Of a stretch of 64,000 bases of DNA, positions 23,450 to 37,380 are shown piece after piece. The translations under genes were made by a program, and so were the position numbers. The notes beneath the pieces were generated by a model, which was given only the letters and a program-made list of their open reading frames with translations, was not told where the DNA came from and made no database searches. Position 1 is the stretch's first letter, and the number at the start of each line of letters is the position of its first letter. The stretch comes from Geosiphon pyriformis uo1 (lineage: Eukaryota; Fungi; Glomeromycota), in the NCBI GenBank assembly GCA_016748015.1, contig JAAOMT010000283.1, positions 587,277 through 651,276 on the forward strand, given 5' to 3'.

Positions 23450-25090
23450 TAAACTGTAAATAAAAATAAAATAATAAAAACTAATATAATTCAAACCAAA
23501 ACATATAAAATTTCTATACCAAAAATATTTTTTCTCATTATTTTATTTTTAATATTTAGTTATTTTATCATGATTATTTTTCGAAACATTTAACAGTTAT
23601 TTCAAAAGTTAATAGTAGTATTAAAAATACTTCCTAACTTATCTATAACAATTAACAGAAATTAAATTAATTATATTCAGAAAGAAACTACAGCTTCAAT
23701 AATAAAAAAATCACAAAGCTATTATTTTTATTAAAAAAACACAAAAAATTATTTTGGAAGTCATCTACCAAAACTTTAAAGCAAACTTTAAAAAAACACA
23801 TTTTATTTATCTTATCAATATTTTACTAAACATTATAATTCAACAAAAACTTTAATTGTGTTTTAATAAACAAAACAATGATTATATTTTTATTTATTAA
23901 TATTTTTACATTGAAAAAACACTTTATAAACAAAAATTGAAACTTGAAGCAATAAACTTTACTTCTAAAATAATACAAAAACAAATTTACAATGAATTCA
24001 AAACAATAGCTAAACCAACAAACATTCATTATAAACTTAGAGCAGCTTTTAAACTTTATGAGTTATTTAATACTTGTAAAAATGTTTTACAAAATCCAAT
24101 ACTTTAATTATTAAAAATTCAATATATTGAAAAGCTCACAGAACTAAAATTTCAACAATTTTCAAAACAAATTACATCAATAATTTTAGACTATTATTTA
24201 GAAATTAAAGATAGTACTTAAATTATAATAAAGCTCAGTCTTAAAAAAAAGATTATATTACCAATAGAAATTTGAGATATTATTTAGCATAAAATTTTTC
24301 TTATAATTCCTATTATTAATTAATATATATTATTATTAAATTATCTAAATTACTATTCAATTAATAACTTAATTTGTACGAATACACAAATTGTAATGAT
24401 TAGATCACACAATATTTTAAACTATATAACATTCAAAAATTTGCTAAAATTTGTAAAAATTTGTAAAAATAATTAATAGTTTATCAAAATATTTAATAAT
24501 TCATAAAAATAACTTGTAATTTGCCAAAATGTATTTTTAGTTCAGTAAAATAATAGCAAAGAGAAAAAATGCAAGTTTATAGACTAGTATTACAAAAAGT
24601 TATATAAAAAAAGAGTTTTTTTTTCGAAAAAATATATCTCAACTAGAATTATCTTTATTAAAAATATCTTCCTTAGTATCTATATAAATTACTTTAATAA
24701 AAACTATATTGAAAAACAACAAAATTATAATCATTTCGCTTAAAATTTTCTGAATTCTAACTAATGTTTTGAAATTGATTAGCTTCTAATTTCAGTAATT
24801 TATTAATAATGTCAGATCTAAATAAAAAACAATTTTTCTAACAAAATTTTTTTTATTTTACTTTTTTTTATTTTCGTTTTTTTTTTAAATATACATTAAG
24901 ATAGCCTACAAACAAAATTCTTGTAAAAAAGTTAACTTTTACAGCAAAGTAATTACATATTTTTAGTAAGCTTTTAGACAAGCATTTTCTGAAAAAAATT
25001 TGACTTTTACTGTAAAGTAACTATACAAGTAATTAATATAGAATTGGTTATTCTACTTATAAATTCAGTAGTTTAAATTATAAGAAATTT
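23450..25090 (+). mobile_element. Eroded inverted Gypsy A/B-family fragment: ORF3, PPT, partial 3' LTR (from 24256)
   Basis: ORF3 homolog (ATG 23570; IYNEFKT...KLRAAFKLYELFNTCKNVLQNPIL); PPT reduced to CTTAAAAAAAAGATTA; LTR start TATTACCAATAG (from TGTTACCAG); LTR similarity to ~25088. Confidence 0.85.
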
Positions 25091-25099
25091 AAGCTTACA

Positions 25100-27900
25100 A
25101 AATGTTTTTTGTTAAATATATTAATTTATACTAATAGTTTTGTTTAGAATTTTGGTTTTATTAGAGCTGTTAGCAGTACTGTTGCCTACTTTTTAAGATT
25201 AGTCTGAAATTAATATAAAAATATATAATTTGCTGTCTTTAATTCTAATTAAAATACAAATTATTGTTTTAGTTCTTGAATATATTTTAGTTTTATTTTA
25301 TATTACAATTTTTTTTGATAATTAAGCCTTTTTGAATTTTTATTGTGCTAATTATTGTTATTGGTTTTTAACTTTTATAATAGTTGCTAAATTAAATATT
25401 TTTACATTAAATTTCTGGTTTAATTCAAAAATATTTCTGTTAATTAAATGAAAGTTAAAAACCATTTTAATGTATTAAATAATAAACAAGTTAATATATT
25501 AATATATTATATTTTTAAGTATTATTTTTTTACTATCTAATAAAATTTGATTTTTAATAGTAAAAAATCAGGTAATATTTAACAATATTTACTATTTTAT
25601 TAAATTAATAAATAATACTATAAAGTGTTTTTTTTGGAAAACTGGTTTAAGACCTAAGATTGTAAATTTTTTTTTTATTAATAATATAAATTGACATTTT
25701 ATTGTTTCTGTTTAACATTTTAATTTTGATATAACTGCTAATTATATAAGCAAAAATATGATAAATTTACACATATACATGATAAAAACTCTTTATAAAA
25801 AACTGTTAATTACTATTTATAAATAGTTATATAACAACAAATATTTTATTATTATATATATACTATAGAAAAGTTAGATTTTCAGACTATATTTTTATTT
25901 GTAAATCAAATTCTGCTGTTTGTTAAAAGTTGTTAAATAAATAATTTATTTATTAAAAATTTTTGACTAGTAAAAATTTGATATTATTAGTAATGTTTCA
26001 ATAATTGGTTTTGTATTATTCTAATATTACTTTATATTTATTATTGTATAAAAAATTAATTTTTAATAATTAGATAATAGAAATTAAAATAGTTTTTGGT
26101 AATTTCAAGTATATTATGTTTAAATTAGTTGCTTTTATGTATTGCTTAATTATTAGTTATAAAAATTATATATGATTGCTAAATTCAAAATTGTAAATAA
26201 AAATAAAATATAAAAATTTTTTAGATAATAGAGATATAATTTTTTTTAGCATGATAAATTTTTTGAATATAGTGTTTTATAATATTATATATTTGCTAAA
26301 AATAACTAAAAAACATACTGTTTGTTTTAAGTTAAAAATAGGCTATATGTTTTTTACAAGTGTAATTAAAATTGTTTCTGTTAATATAATTTTATAATAG
26401 TGTCTTAACTGATTAAATAACTAATTACATATAACAAATATATGATTTATTTTTAATTTAAAACTCTAAATAGTTGTATTATATTAGATTAAAATTAGAT
26501 TTTATTAATTAAATAAAGTTTAATTAGTTTAAAGTAACTTATAAAAAATTTATTAAAAATTTATTAAAAATACAAAAAATTTTATAAAAAAATAATTATT
26601 TTTATAAATTAGGTTTTTATTTTTTTATAAAAACCAATAATTTTAAATTATTAACTTTAAATCTGAAAATATTACAATATTATTAATAAACTTTATATAT
26701 ATTTATATTTTAAATATTAGAAAATATGTTTTTTATTTATATAATTATATTATTTATCTCATTATTAAAATTGCAAAATACAAATTAATTTAAAATGCTT
26801 AAAATATATATTTTAATAAAAACAAAACACACAAATAATATTTAAACAAACAAAATATAAAAAATTAAAATATTTTAATTATATTTTTTTTCTATAATTA
26901 ATTTTAAATTAAAATTGTGAATTTTAAATAAACAATTAATACAGTTTAAAAGCAAATTTGGCTAAATTTAATATGCTAAAATTTTAAATGGCTTTAAAAA
27001 ATCAGTAATATTTAAAAAATTTTATTGATAAATATGTTTTATTTTTTTTTGGCCAAGAAGTTAATATTAAAAAACTGAAATAAAAATTTTTGTTAAATTT
27101 TAGATCTGTTTTAACAAAGCTTAAAATAATAAATTTAATAATAATAACAATAATAATAATAAATAAATAAATATCATATAGTAATATAAAAATTTTTAAT
27201 CAAATAAAATATTAAAATAATTATAATAAAAAATGTATAAAATTTTTGAGCATATTTAATCTTATATTTGGTTATAATTAGTTTATAGATTTAAGTATGT
27301 TTGTTTATATAATTAATTTTAAAATCTTGTTATATTATAAAGTCTTAGGTTTGAAAGTAAGATTAAATACGTTTAATGTATGGTAATATATAGTTTCAAT
27401 TTGTTTAAATAACTAGTAATGTATAGAAAAATGTAAAATTTACATTTTTTTTAGACATTTACATGTAATATTTTAGAGATAATAAAAGATTTATATTCAT
27501 TAAAGCCAAAAAAACATGGTTTTAGAAAAAATATATTAAAGTGAAATTTTTTGGCAATATATTAATATTATCAATAAATATTAAGTTTTGATTATAATTA
27601 AACACAAATAAAGCATATGTGTAGTTAAATTTTTTTTAAAATTAATTAATTACATGCTTTATTATAATTTGTTCTATAACAGCTATATTATTAATGTATC
27701 ATAAAAAATAAATTTAAAACTTAAGCTAAATAAGTTTATTTTTGCTTTATAATAATTTTTTTAAAAAACATAAAGTTTTACAATTTTAATTAATTGAAAT
27801 TCTTATCAAAAAAATGATTGCAACCAATTGTAACATTTTTTTACAAGATTGCAGCATTATCTTTAAATAAATATTTTGATAAGTATTTGATAACTTGAAA
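25100..27900. mobile_element. Extremely AT-rich eroded repeat, probably LINE-derived
   Basis: Composition like the other eroded TEs; only faint LINE ORF1-like traces; no firm motif. Confidence 0.3.
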
Positions 27901-30710
27901 ATTGATTTTTTTAACAGTTTTGCAAGAAAATTGTTTTCAAAAATTAATAATAATTAACTTAATGCATTTAAATAACTTTATATATAAAATATGTTATATA
28001 TATTTTTCAGCAAAAAGTAATAAAAAAGTGGGTTCATTTACCAATAGTATAAAACCCGGAATCCTACCTTGAGACTAACAACCGTAACAACATTTAATAG
28101 TTAAAGATTTTTTGATTTTTTGATTGAATATTAGTGTTTTTCATTTAATTTATATAATAAGACAATATAAAAAGTTAATGAGTAAAATTAAATATATATT
28201 TTATATAATGAAAAAGCGGAAATCATATAAGGTGAAGTTTGTCTATTTTTTCGGTGACTCTAATTGAAAAATCCGAAATTTTATCTTTTGTTTAAAAGTG
28301 GTTGAGTTTTCTAAATTCTTTTTTATTGGAAATTTATAATTTTTTAATAAAAAAAATAGAAAAAAAAGAGGTTTATATTCTATTTATTTATGAAAAAAAA
28401 ATTGATCATTTATATTTATTGTATTATTAAAATTGTAAAAAGCATTCTACAAACTCATTATAGAAGAATGTAGCTTTTTTCTGTTATTCAAATTAAATAG
28501 ATTTAAATAAATTAAACTTGAAATATTTATTTTATCAATATCCTTACCATCTAATTTATTACTATGTCATTTAAAAATACAGAACCTTGGATATATTTTA
28601 GTCATGAATTTAAAAAACCAGGTAAATTTGATAAATGAAAACTTTCTATTACAAGAACAACAACATTTCTAAGTGATGAGCAAAATTTATATTTATGGTA
28701 ATTTTTGAGTGATGATGAACAAAATCTTACATTTTTGCTAATTTGAATGACACATGAAAAGCCCAAATTTCGAATTAAAGTAAACAATAGCTTTCTAAAA
28801 TTCTGATAAAATTCCGCCATTTGAAAGCTGAAATAACGCCATTCTACAATCTTTTTTAAATATCAAAAGCTTTCAAAGTGAAATATTTTAAATTTCACTC
28901 ATCATTCAATCACTTAACCACCTTTGAGCCATTGGGTTGAAGAGTGACTCGTATTCCATTTGTGTTGGTATACACATTTTTAACATAGCACCGAGACAGC
29001 ATTTGAGAATTAAAGTTTGACCCAATCAACTTTACAGTCTTTATCATCTCAAGCCGTCGGCGTTAATTTATAGTTCAGCTTATTCCATTAACGCAAAATT
29101 TATTTGAAATTATCCATGTAATTTCAAATGTTCAGTACGATAAGAACGTGTTCAAAACCAATTGAATTTAAAATTTATAAAAAATTATTTTGAATGATGC
29201 TTAATTACTTCTTTTTTTTTTGGTTCAACGACGGTTGATATCTCATCAAATGGGAAAAATTTAATCTTGATTAGGCTAAATTGATTAAAGAGAAAGAAAT
29301 TTGATTTCTTAACTGAGTATTTTTCTCAAATAGAAGCTTAACCTATCAAAATTATCAATGAGAGAATTTAAATCTCCAGACTTTGACATGTTATTGCAAA
29401 ATATTCCCACAGAACAAAGAACCCCTAACTTCCATACTCTTTGAAACTAATTCGACTCCTATAACATGAATACTTTACAATCTTCAATTGTTGTATAATT
29501 GTGGGTTGCTAATATTGTTACAGCTAGAGAATATATGTGTAATTATTTGGAAATCATTTTTTAAGAAATACATTCTTCCTTCTCAAATATATAATAAACC
29601 TGATAATTTTTCATGCAAGACGAATTTAAATGTTTCAAATGTCTCAAATGTTAATCCCTTCTTGAAGACAGTTGGAACTCCCAAAAAAATCTTCATACCT
29701 ATTTGAGGTTAGTTGGAGGATGCGAAGCAGCGATCCCCGATCATGCAAAACTCGGGTTAAAGAAACCAATTTGGAAAATATCTTAAGTTCATATATCTAA
29801 GTTGTAAATCACTTCAATTTGATAGATTAAAGAATCTTGGTAAAACGTGTCAATAGAGGAAATAAATTCTTTGTGTTACAAGAATGTGTGGGCTTTTGAT
29901 GAAAAATGAAGTTTCTTCCGAAAGCTTTGCTATTTCAAAACATTTTTGCAATTTTTTGAATGATAATTCGTCATTTGCCAATCAAAAGTCCCACATTTAG
30001 TATCACAAACAGAGATACTTATGCATGCATCGCAATCATTTGGATTTTGGTTGGCCATCTAGAGAGCTTGACTATCGGAAAGGAGACATAAAAGAAAATC
30101 TCGGATTTGCAAATGTAGCTTCGTATTCTGAAGCCACAAGAAACAATATTTCGACCGAACACAAAGAGAGCATCAATATTGGGTACATTTTTATACAGCT
30201 TGTACTATCCAAATCAGGCAAATTTAATTGAAAGGATATGTCATGCTGGTGGGACCATTGTAATGCAAAACACCACAGCAATCAATATAGAATGAGCAAA
30301 CTCGCGAAATTTGGCGAATGTTTCTCGTCTTTCCTTTTCCCTTTCCCTTTCCCTTTCTTTGACCTTCTCTCTCGATTCTTCCTTCCACATCGCCTCGTTC
30401 TTTCACTAGAACAGCGAACTCGACTTTCCTTTTCGGGGATATAATCATTCTTTTTATTTTGTCTTCAAAGATATTCTGTGTGTAGGTGTTGCTTCAAAGA
30501 CATTCTCATTCGCCATTGGCTACCTTTACCCAATATTAAACAAGTCAATTTGGTTTTCTCTGAAATAGATTGTATATGTTTAAAAAATTGATTTCGAATT
30601 TTGGCTTTGTTGTAAAATATTTTGGCATTTTTAAAGCTCAAAATTCAATAAGCTAAAAAGAGGAAATTTCTTGCATTTCATCATCATCATCGCATTATTA
30701 TCAATTCAAA

Positions 30711-31086
30711 ATGTCTGATAAATCATCCGCTTTGTTGTCTCAGGCTCCAGAACTGGGGGCTAAAGATACTTCTGCCTCACAACCTGCAAAAGTTGCAAAT
30801 CCTACTCCTACTCCAGCTTCGACTTCGGCTTCGGCTTCAGCGCCCGCTTCAACATCTACCGCAACACCTGCACCTGCACCTGCACCTGCGACTGATCTTA
30901 ATAAGAATCGTAATGAAGACGATAATTCCAACAATGAATCTAAAAATAAAAAGAATGATTCCCCACCTCCAAAAAATAATTCTTCCAGTCCGGAAGCTCA
31001 AGCTATTTCAACAGCTGTAGCAACTCCTACTACAACTGCAAGTTCGTCACCAACTAATTCAAATAGTAATAGTAATAGTAATAGTA

Positions 31087-31122
<36 letters not shown>

Positions 31123-31943
31123 CAAGTAAAACGGGGGTAAATAATGCAGCTTCTGTTAATTCAATTCCCACCACACTTACCTTTAAAGATAGTCCAACCA
31201 CCTCTTTAATACCCACATTAACTGTTCCAACTAATTCCAGCACTGAATTATCGGCCCAATCATCATCTACTTTAGATCCACTATCTACCAGTAATGGTAA
31301 TAATAATGAAGGTGGCGCATCGGCTGGTGTAATGATCGGTGGTATGATGGTCGCCACTTTAGTTGTTGTAGTTCTTATCACTATGATTGTACGACGAAAA
31401 ATAAGGGTTATCCGGTCCAGTTCTCCAAGTCTCAAAGATTCCGGATACAATGACGCCTACATGAACGAAAAGTCTGCTTATTATAATGAAAAAGATTCGA
31501 TACCTCACATTAATAAACCCGATTCTATCTTTGTGGATCCGTCAAATAATGGTGGTATCAATTACGGTAGTAGAGGGAATGGAGGAAATCTTTCTCCAAT
31601 GCCTACAAACCGTCTTAGTATTTATCGTCAAAGCACTGGTGGAATGTATGACCCACCAACTTCATTAATCCCGGTGAATGGTCGATACACACCAGCGCTC
31701 AGTCGTCAGCCTAGTACGAACTCTTATATTAACTATTATGGTGGAAATGGAACAGGTGACTTAAGTCAACCACAACAGCAATATTATTTAGAGCCGGAAA
31801 CATATTATTCAGCTGATGATTACACAGCTTCAGTTGATAATTATGGAATGCAAATGCCTCCATTATATCCACAAAATCCGACATCACCATACGATGAACA
31901 CCGAGGACTGACATCGCCGCCACCTCCTGGTCACGCTTATTAA
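30711..31943 (+). CDS. Ser/Thr/Asn-rich single-pass membrane protein (Mid2/Skg6/Axl2-like cell-surface sensor architecture), 410 aa
   Basis: Intact ORF; ~200 aa S/T/P/A/N-rich region with poly-Asn; hydrophobic helix AGVMIGGMMVATLVVVVLITMIV followed by RRKIR; Tyr/Pro-rich cytoplasmic tail. Confidence 0.85.
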
Positions 31944-32418
31944 AGTTTATTGTCAATCGAAAGTAATAGTTCACAATTTACCATCAAGACCATTACTTAT
32001 TCGTGATCTCCCCAACTCCTTCCTCACAACTCATCCTTGATTTACATAGTATTTTCGAGAGAAAAGTTGAAATATTGTGAATTCTAATTTTGTTAGAAAC
32101 AAGATTATCCAAAAAATGAAAGAAATGGAACCTTGGTAAAAAAAACATTGTCATTTCAATTTCTTTAAAACTATTGATTTGGAGAAATTGAAAAAAGATG
32201 ATGAATCATTTGATTTTTTTTACTAGATAACAGTTTCAGAATTGGAAAATTTTTTGAAAAAGTTTTGCCAAAAGTATCGGTTCCATTTACTTGAAAGAAT
32301 TGAGTTGTTCTGGTTTAAAATTGAATTTTAGATATTTGTACTAAATAAAGATGTAATACTTGCATGTAAACTAGTTTAAATATATATTCTAACACTAGAG
32401 TCGCTATACATAGCCTTC

Positions 32419-32468
32419 CTTTACTTTACTTTACTTTACTTTACTTTACTTTACTTTACTTTACTTTC
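32419..32468. repeat. (CTTTA)n microsatellite
   Basis: ~10 pentamer copies. Confidence 0.95.
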
Positions 32469-34707
32469 CCTTACCTTGCCTACCATCACCAACTTGTATT
32501 AATATTATTTATATTTTGATTTACTTTAAATCTGTCCCAATGAAAACTCAATCAGAGAAAGTATTTTTTTCCTATTCGGCCTCAAAGCTAAATAGGAAAT
32601 TACGTTAAAGCCTTAACTTTAAAAAGAATAGTTCGGCTTTTTGGATTTTTTTCAATATCGTTGATAAAATTTGAATAAATTCTGAATTTCGATTAAAAAT
32701 TTCTGGTCAAACTTCCCAAAAAAATTCATTCATTTAATTAGAGACATTATATTCAAGAATATCTTTTCAAGCTCCATTAAAAGCGGAATCAATCTTGGAG
32801 TCATATAGACAAAATTTTCATAGGTCAAAAATTACTTTGAACGCCCCATTAAATTTTCATCTATATCCACACTCAATTAAAATTATTGGAAAAAGGTGTA
32901 ACGCCTTTAGAATTCAATAATTAAAGTCATGGATACACTTAATGAAAATAATGCATATGATAGCTACGCAGAGTGAACATAAAAGTTTGTACATGTATTA
33001 CCAATTTTCCAGCGTACATGCTACTTGATATTTGTAAAGAAAGAGATAATTAGCAGAATGATTAAGAATGACAGGAAATTTGATCGAATGAATATAGCCT
33101 GCCTCCTGAAAGTAATCTTTCATCTCTTTCATTTTGTACTAGGAATGAAAAAAATTTAAATGAATTGGACATTAAACCATGCCCACTTCAAAACGATATA
33201 TATATATGAATCAAGATCTTTGGCAAAAATTTTTTGTCCAAGAAATTTTTGATTATAATGAAAATTCAGTAATTAATGGCTTATCAAGATTGAGGTATAA
33301 TAAACTATGAATAAAAAAAAATAAACGCACAGAATATGCTCGCTAGGAAATCTTGAAATCAAATTTTTTCGGTCGTTTGTTTTTCATGAAAAAGTATGAC
33401 AGTCTGTTGAAAATTATTATGTATGTGCCTTCGTTTCAACAGGACTTGGTTGGGAAGTTTTCATTCATACATTCCTTCCTTTTGTTTGTTCCCTTTATTG
33501 CAAAGAAAATTATATTATTACTTTTAAGATTCGTCCTTTTCCCGAAATTTAGTTTTTATGAATCTTGAATAAAAAAAACGTTTTTAAAGTTTGCTTCAGA
33601 AATTCTCTTACTATTAAAAAATAATGATTTGGAACGTTGGCAAGAACCTTTTCATGGAAGTTATTGTCTAAATTTCTTGAGCCAAATGGCTGTCACTTTT
33701 ACACAACCCAACGATAAACAAAGTAATATTTTCCAATAAAGTTTACAAGCAAAAAGTTTTTTAGCTACTCAGCTAGTATACTTTGGATTGTTACTTTTTT
33801 GGAAATGTCATTTTTTCAAGCATTTTATTAATGTTTTCAAAATAATTCAAAGAATTTTTGATGTAATATAAGACGGAAAACAAAATAAATTAGTTTTTAT
33901 TCTCACAAAAGCCATCCCATGAAAAGATTTTTTTGACATAGGACAAAACATTTAAAACAACTGAAAAGCTGTTTCATCATAAAATTGTCCTTAAAGTGAG
34001 TGAAACGTAGTCTATTTAAATATAATTTGGCTTTTGAGCTTTTGGTATAACTATAGATAGGATTTTTTTACCACCAATTAATTACAAATGTTTGTAAATT
34101 AGTTTAATGAATATTGTTTGTCAAGATAAATCATTATCTTTGCTATAATTTTTATAGTTTAGTGTTTCTACTTTGTTTTTGAGCTTTTTGGCTATTAGAA
34201 ACTATTTTAATGGTAATTTATACAAAAATAACGAAATTACATCAAAGATATGTAAAAATAAATTCATTAAAAAAAGTTTTGTATCATACGTATTAAGCTA
34301 AAAGATGTTAAAATTTACATGTTTTAATCTGATTAAAAAAGAAAATTAATGTTATGACTGTTAACTTTCTTTTTCAGCTTACGATTAAACCTTTCAATGA
34401 ATCTGCTCCAGTGGTTTAAACAGTAACAGATAATGTATTTTAGAAAGAATTGGATATGTTGCCATTTAAATTAAAATAACTTGTTTTACTATTAATTAAC
34501 AATAAAATATGGCAATTTTTAGATATTAAACTAGTAGTCAAATTTTTTTAAACATTTTTTAATATATTGCTTGCATTTATGCTTTTAAATTAACATAATA
34601 GGTTACAAATAATGTATTGAATTTATATTAGTTAATCTGTATGATTCATTTAAAAATCTATTAATTGGGAGTTTAATTTTTCAGCATTAATAGAATTGAA
34701 AGTTAAC

Positions 34708-34725
34708 ATAATAATAATAATAATA

Positions 34726-34807
<82 letters not shown>

Positions 34808-34829
34808 CAATAATAATAATAATAATAAT
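34708..34829. repeat. (AAT)n microsatellite
   Basis: ~40 copies. Confidence 0.95.
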
Positions 34830-35910
34830 TAGTGTTTTTTTTAATAAAAGTCTTGAAAAATAAAAGCCCTTACTTTTTTAAACCAAAGCAAAATTGTAAT
34901 ATCAATTTTTGATATAAAAAAAGTCATCTTTTGTAACTGTTGTCTGGTGTACTTTGAACTTCATTATAAAATTGTAAATTTTGTAAATTATTTAATCAGA
35001 CAACACAAATGCACAAATAAAATAACCTGTTTTTTTAATTGGCAAAATCAGTTAAAATTATTTCACAACTAATAATTTTTTCAATTCATAATTGCATAGA
35101 TTGATCCAACAAAGAATATTCCACCTTTTGATATGAATTATGTGATTGTATTGTATGGAAGGTGAGGAAAACATTTTAACGTTTAGTAAGCTTTTGGTAA
35201 TCAATGTGGTCGAATTGCTTTAGAGAAAAAAAATTGACCTATGAATTTAGGAATAAATTCTCGATAAATATTGATTCGAGAAAATTTGAATTTGGAATGC
35301 ATAATAAATATGGCTTTGACAGTTATTCTTTTCAAGTCAATTAATTCTGACTAAATGATATTCGGAACCAGCTCAATGACTTTTGCTTCCACAAAATCAT
35401 TATTTGCATGCATATCTAAGAGATTTTGCAGAAGTTTTAGGGAGGAGAGAAAATTTCAAACATAATACTATTTGAGAGTATATAGAAATACTCAGGGCTA
35501 GACTAAATTTGGCACTTTAACATTAGGCGATTAGTTTATTAAGAAATTCTTTTCCCATTTATTAGAACTATGTTCTTCCGGTCAATTCTTTATTGTTCAA
35601 TATAGAGTGTGTTGTTCCTTTCGTATTATAATGAATTAACTAATTTTTGAGGTTCAAATCAGAATCTATTCCTAATTGAATGAACTTATCGCAGAGTCTT
35701 TAGATCCTAAATTTTCTAGCTAGTGAATGGTCCTTGCAAAATTTGCCTTCAAATTTTCCTCTTTTCAATAATACAATTTTGTAGTACACATCGATTTGAT
35801 AATCTGAGATCGTCACTATGACACATACAATCCATGATACACTTTAGGAGTGACCTGGTCCTATGTTAACCGCTTCGTCTACCTCAGTCGTTAAAAAGTA
35901 AAGCCTAATA

Positions 35911-37380
35911 ATGTTGCCATTAGAAGGCTGGAGTGAGGTTTTTGAAAACTTGGACGATAAAAGTTCACTGTTTTCTTGCCTCTTGGTCAGCCGTCTTTGG
36001 TGTAGGATAATTATGCCTATTTTATGGAGAAAGCCTTTTGACCTCGTCAGTGATATTGAAAGAAGGATTCGACTCTACAGGAATTTGAAAATACCTTTCG
36101 AGAAAAAATTTGACATTTCATATATTGTCAGAGAAGATTTGGCTAAACTGATCAATACCTATATTAAATGCTTTTCACCAGCCTCTAAAAGTGTTCTCGC
36201 TCAAAAGGGGATTGATATTTCCACACCAAATGGTCACGCTCTAAGTTTTAATTATCCCTGTTTCATTCGAAATCTTCCTTTAGATAGTCTCATTGAGGCG
36301 AGCTCAGCATGGATTTCTAAAGAGGAGAAACACGATGAATATTTTGAGTTTGCAAAACTTTTATTATCCCGTGAGCTCTGTAAGCTATTCTTGGCCAGTT
36401 CTTCATCAATTTATAACGTATCTCTCGTCTATTACATCCCTTATGGCCATGAATTTCATCCGCCTAATGATCTTCTCGCAATTCATGAATTCCCTGGCGC
36501 TAAAAATTGTCTTGCTCGTGTTAAGCAATTCAAGTGTTGTTTATTTAATGAACAGTGGAAAATAATGGATGGAATGTCAAAAATTTGCCGTAACTTGGAA
36601 GAGTTTGATATTCGATGCATTAGTGAGCCAAAGATACACTTATCTGATCAAAGTGAAGAAAATCTCTCAAAATTTATTTTAGCCCAGAAAATCGGAATGC
36701 GACAGTTCACTCTGAACTGTTGCGGGAAAAATTGTCGAATATTAAAAGTGATTTCAAATCTTGTGAACCACGTTGAGACCTTGAAACATCTTGAATTCAT
36801 ACATGCGAGTTTTGAAAAGGACAATTTCTTGGAAATAATTGTAGCTTGCCGAAAACTTCGCACCTTGATATTTCGTGATTGTCAAATAAACGACACAAAA
36901 GTTTTGACATCCCCTAAGGCTACTTGTTTTGCTAGCCTCACTTCCCTTTTCTTTGTTGATACCTTCATCCCCCCACGAAAAGTAATTAAGATGTTAGAAT
37001 CATGTATCCGATTAGAGACCTTGCAGATCGATTTGGGTGAGGAAGAAGAATATCTACCGCAAATGGCCCTTAACTTTCCACCCACATTGCGTCATCTTAC
37101 TGTAGATGCAGTAGGAGTCAATTGGATGACACTTGAGGAAGCATTGATTAATATAAGAGCTCCGTTAGTGAGTCTCCGTTTTCCGGCTTGGATTTGCCGT
37201 AGTTTCACTGACCACCATCTATTGGTGATTGTGAAGTATAGTAAAGGCACGTTGCAACGACTGGATTTGCATTTGTGTATGAGTGTCCAAGGTAATATTT
37301 CATTTGAGGCAATGAGAGAAGCTAGAAGAGTAATTGAATTGGTTACTACTGGAGGATATTGGGCCTATAGCAGGTGGTAA
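35911..37380 (+). CDS. F-box / leucine-rich repeat (RNI-like) protein, 489 aa
   Basis: N-terminal LPLEGWSEVFENL...SLFSCLLVSRLWCRIIMPILWRKPF F-box; FNYPCFIRNL; repeated LxxLxL motifs; intact single-exon ORF. Confidence 0.9.
   Translation: MLPLEGWSEVFENLDDKSSLFSCLLVSRLWCRIIMPILWRKPFDLVSDIERRIRLYRNLKIPFEKKFDISYIVREDLAKLINTYIKCFSPASKSVLAQKGIDISTPNGHALSFNYPCFIRNLPLDSLIEASSAWISKEEKHDEYFEFAKLLLSRELCKLFLASSSSIYNVSLVYYIPYGHEFHPPNDLLAIHEFPGAKNCLARVKQFKCCLFNEQWKIMDGMSKICRNLEEFDIRCISEPKIHLSDQSEENLSKFILAQKIGMRQFTLNCCGKNCRILKVISNLVNHVETLKHLEFIHASFEKDNFLEIIVACRKLRTLIFRDCQINDTKVLTSPKATCFASLTSLFFVDTFIPPRKVIKMLESCIRLETLQIDLGEEEEYLPQMALNFPPTLRHLTVDAVGVNWMTLEEALINIRAPLVSLRFPAWICRSFTDHHLLVIVKYSKGTLQRLDLHLCMSVQGNISFEAMREARRVIELVTTGGYWAYSRW

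Noticed and set aside
30740-31974. Overlapping and antisense ORFs around the 410-aa gene
   Set aside because: Shadows of repetitive codons
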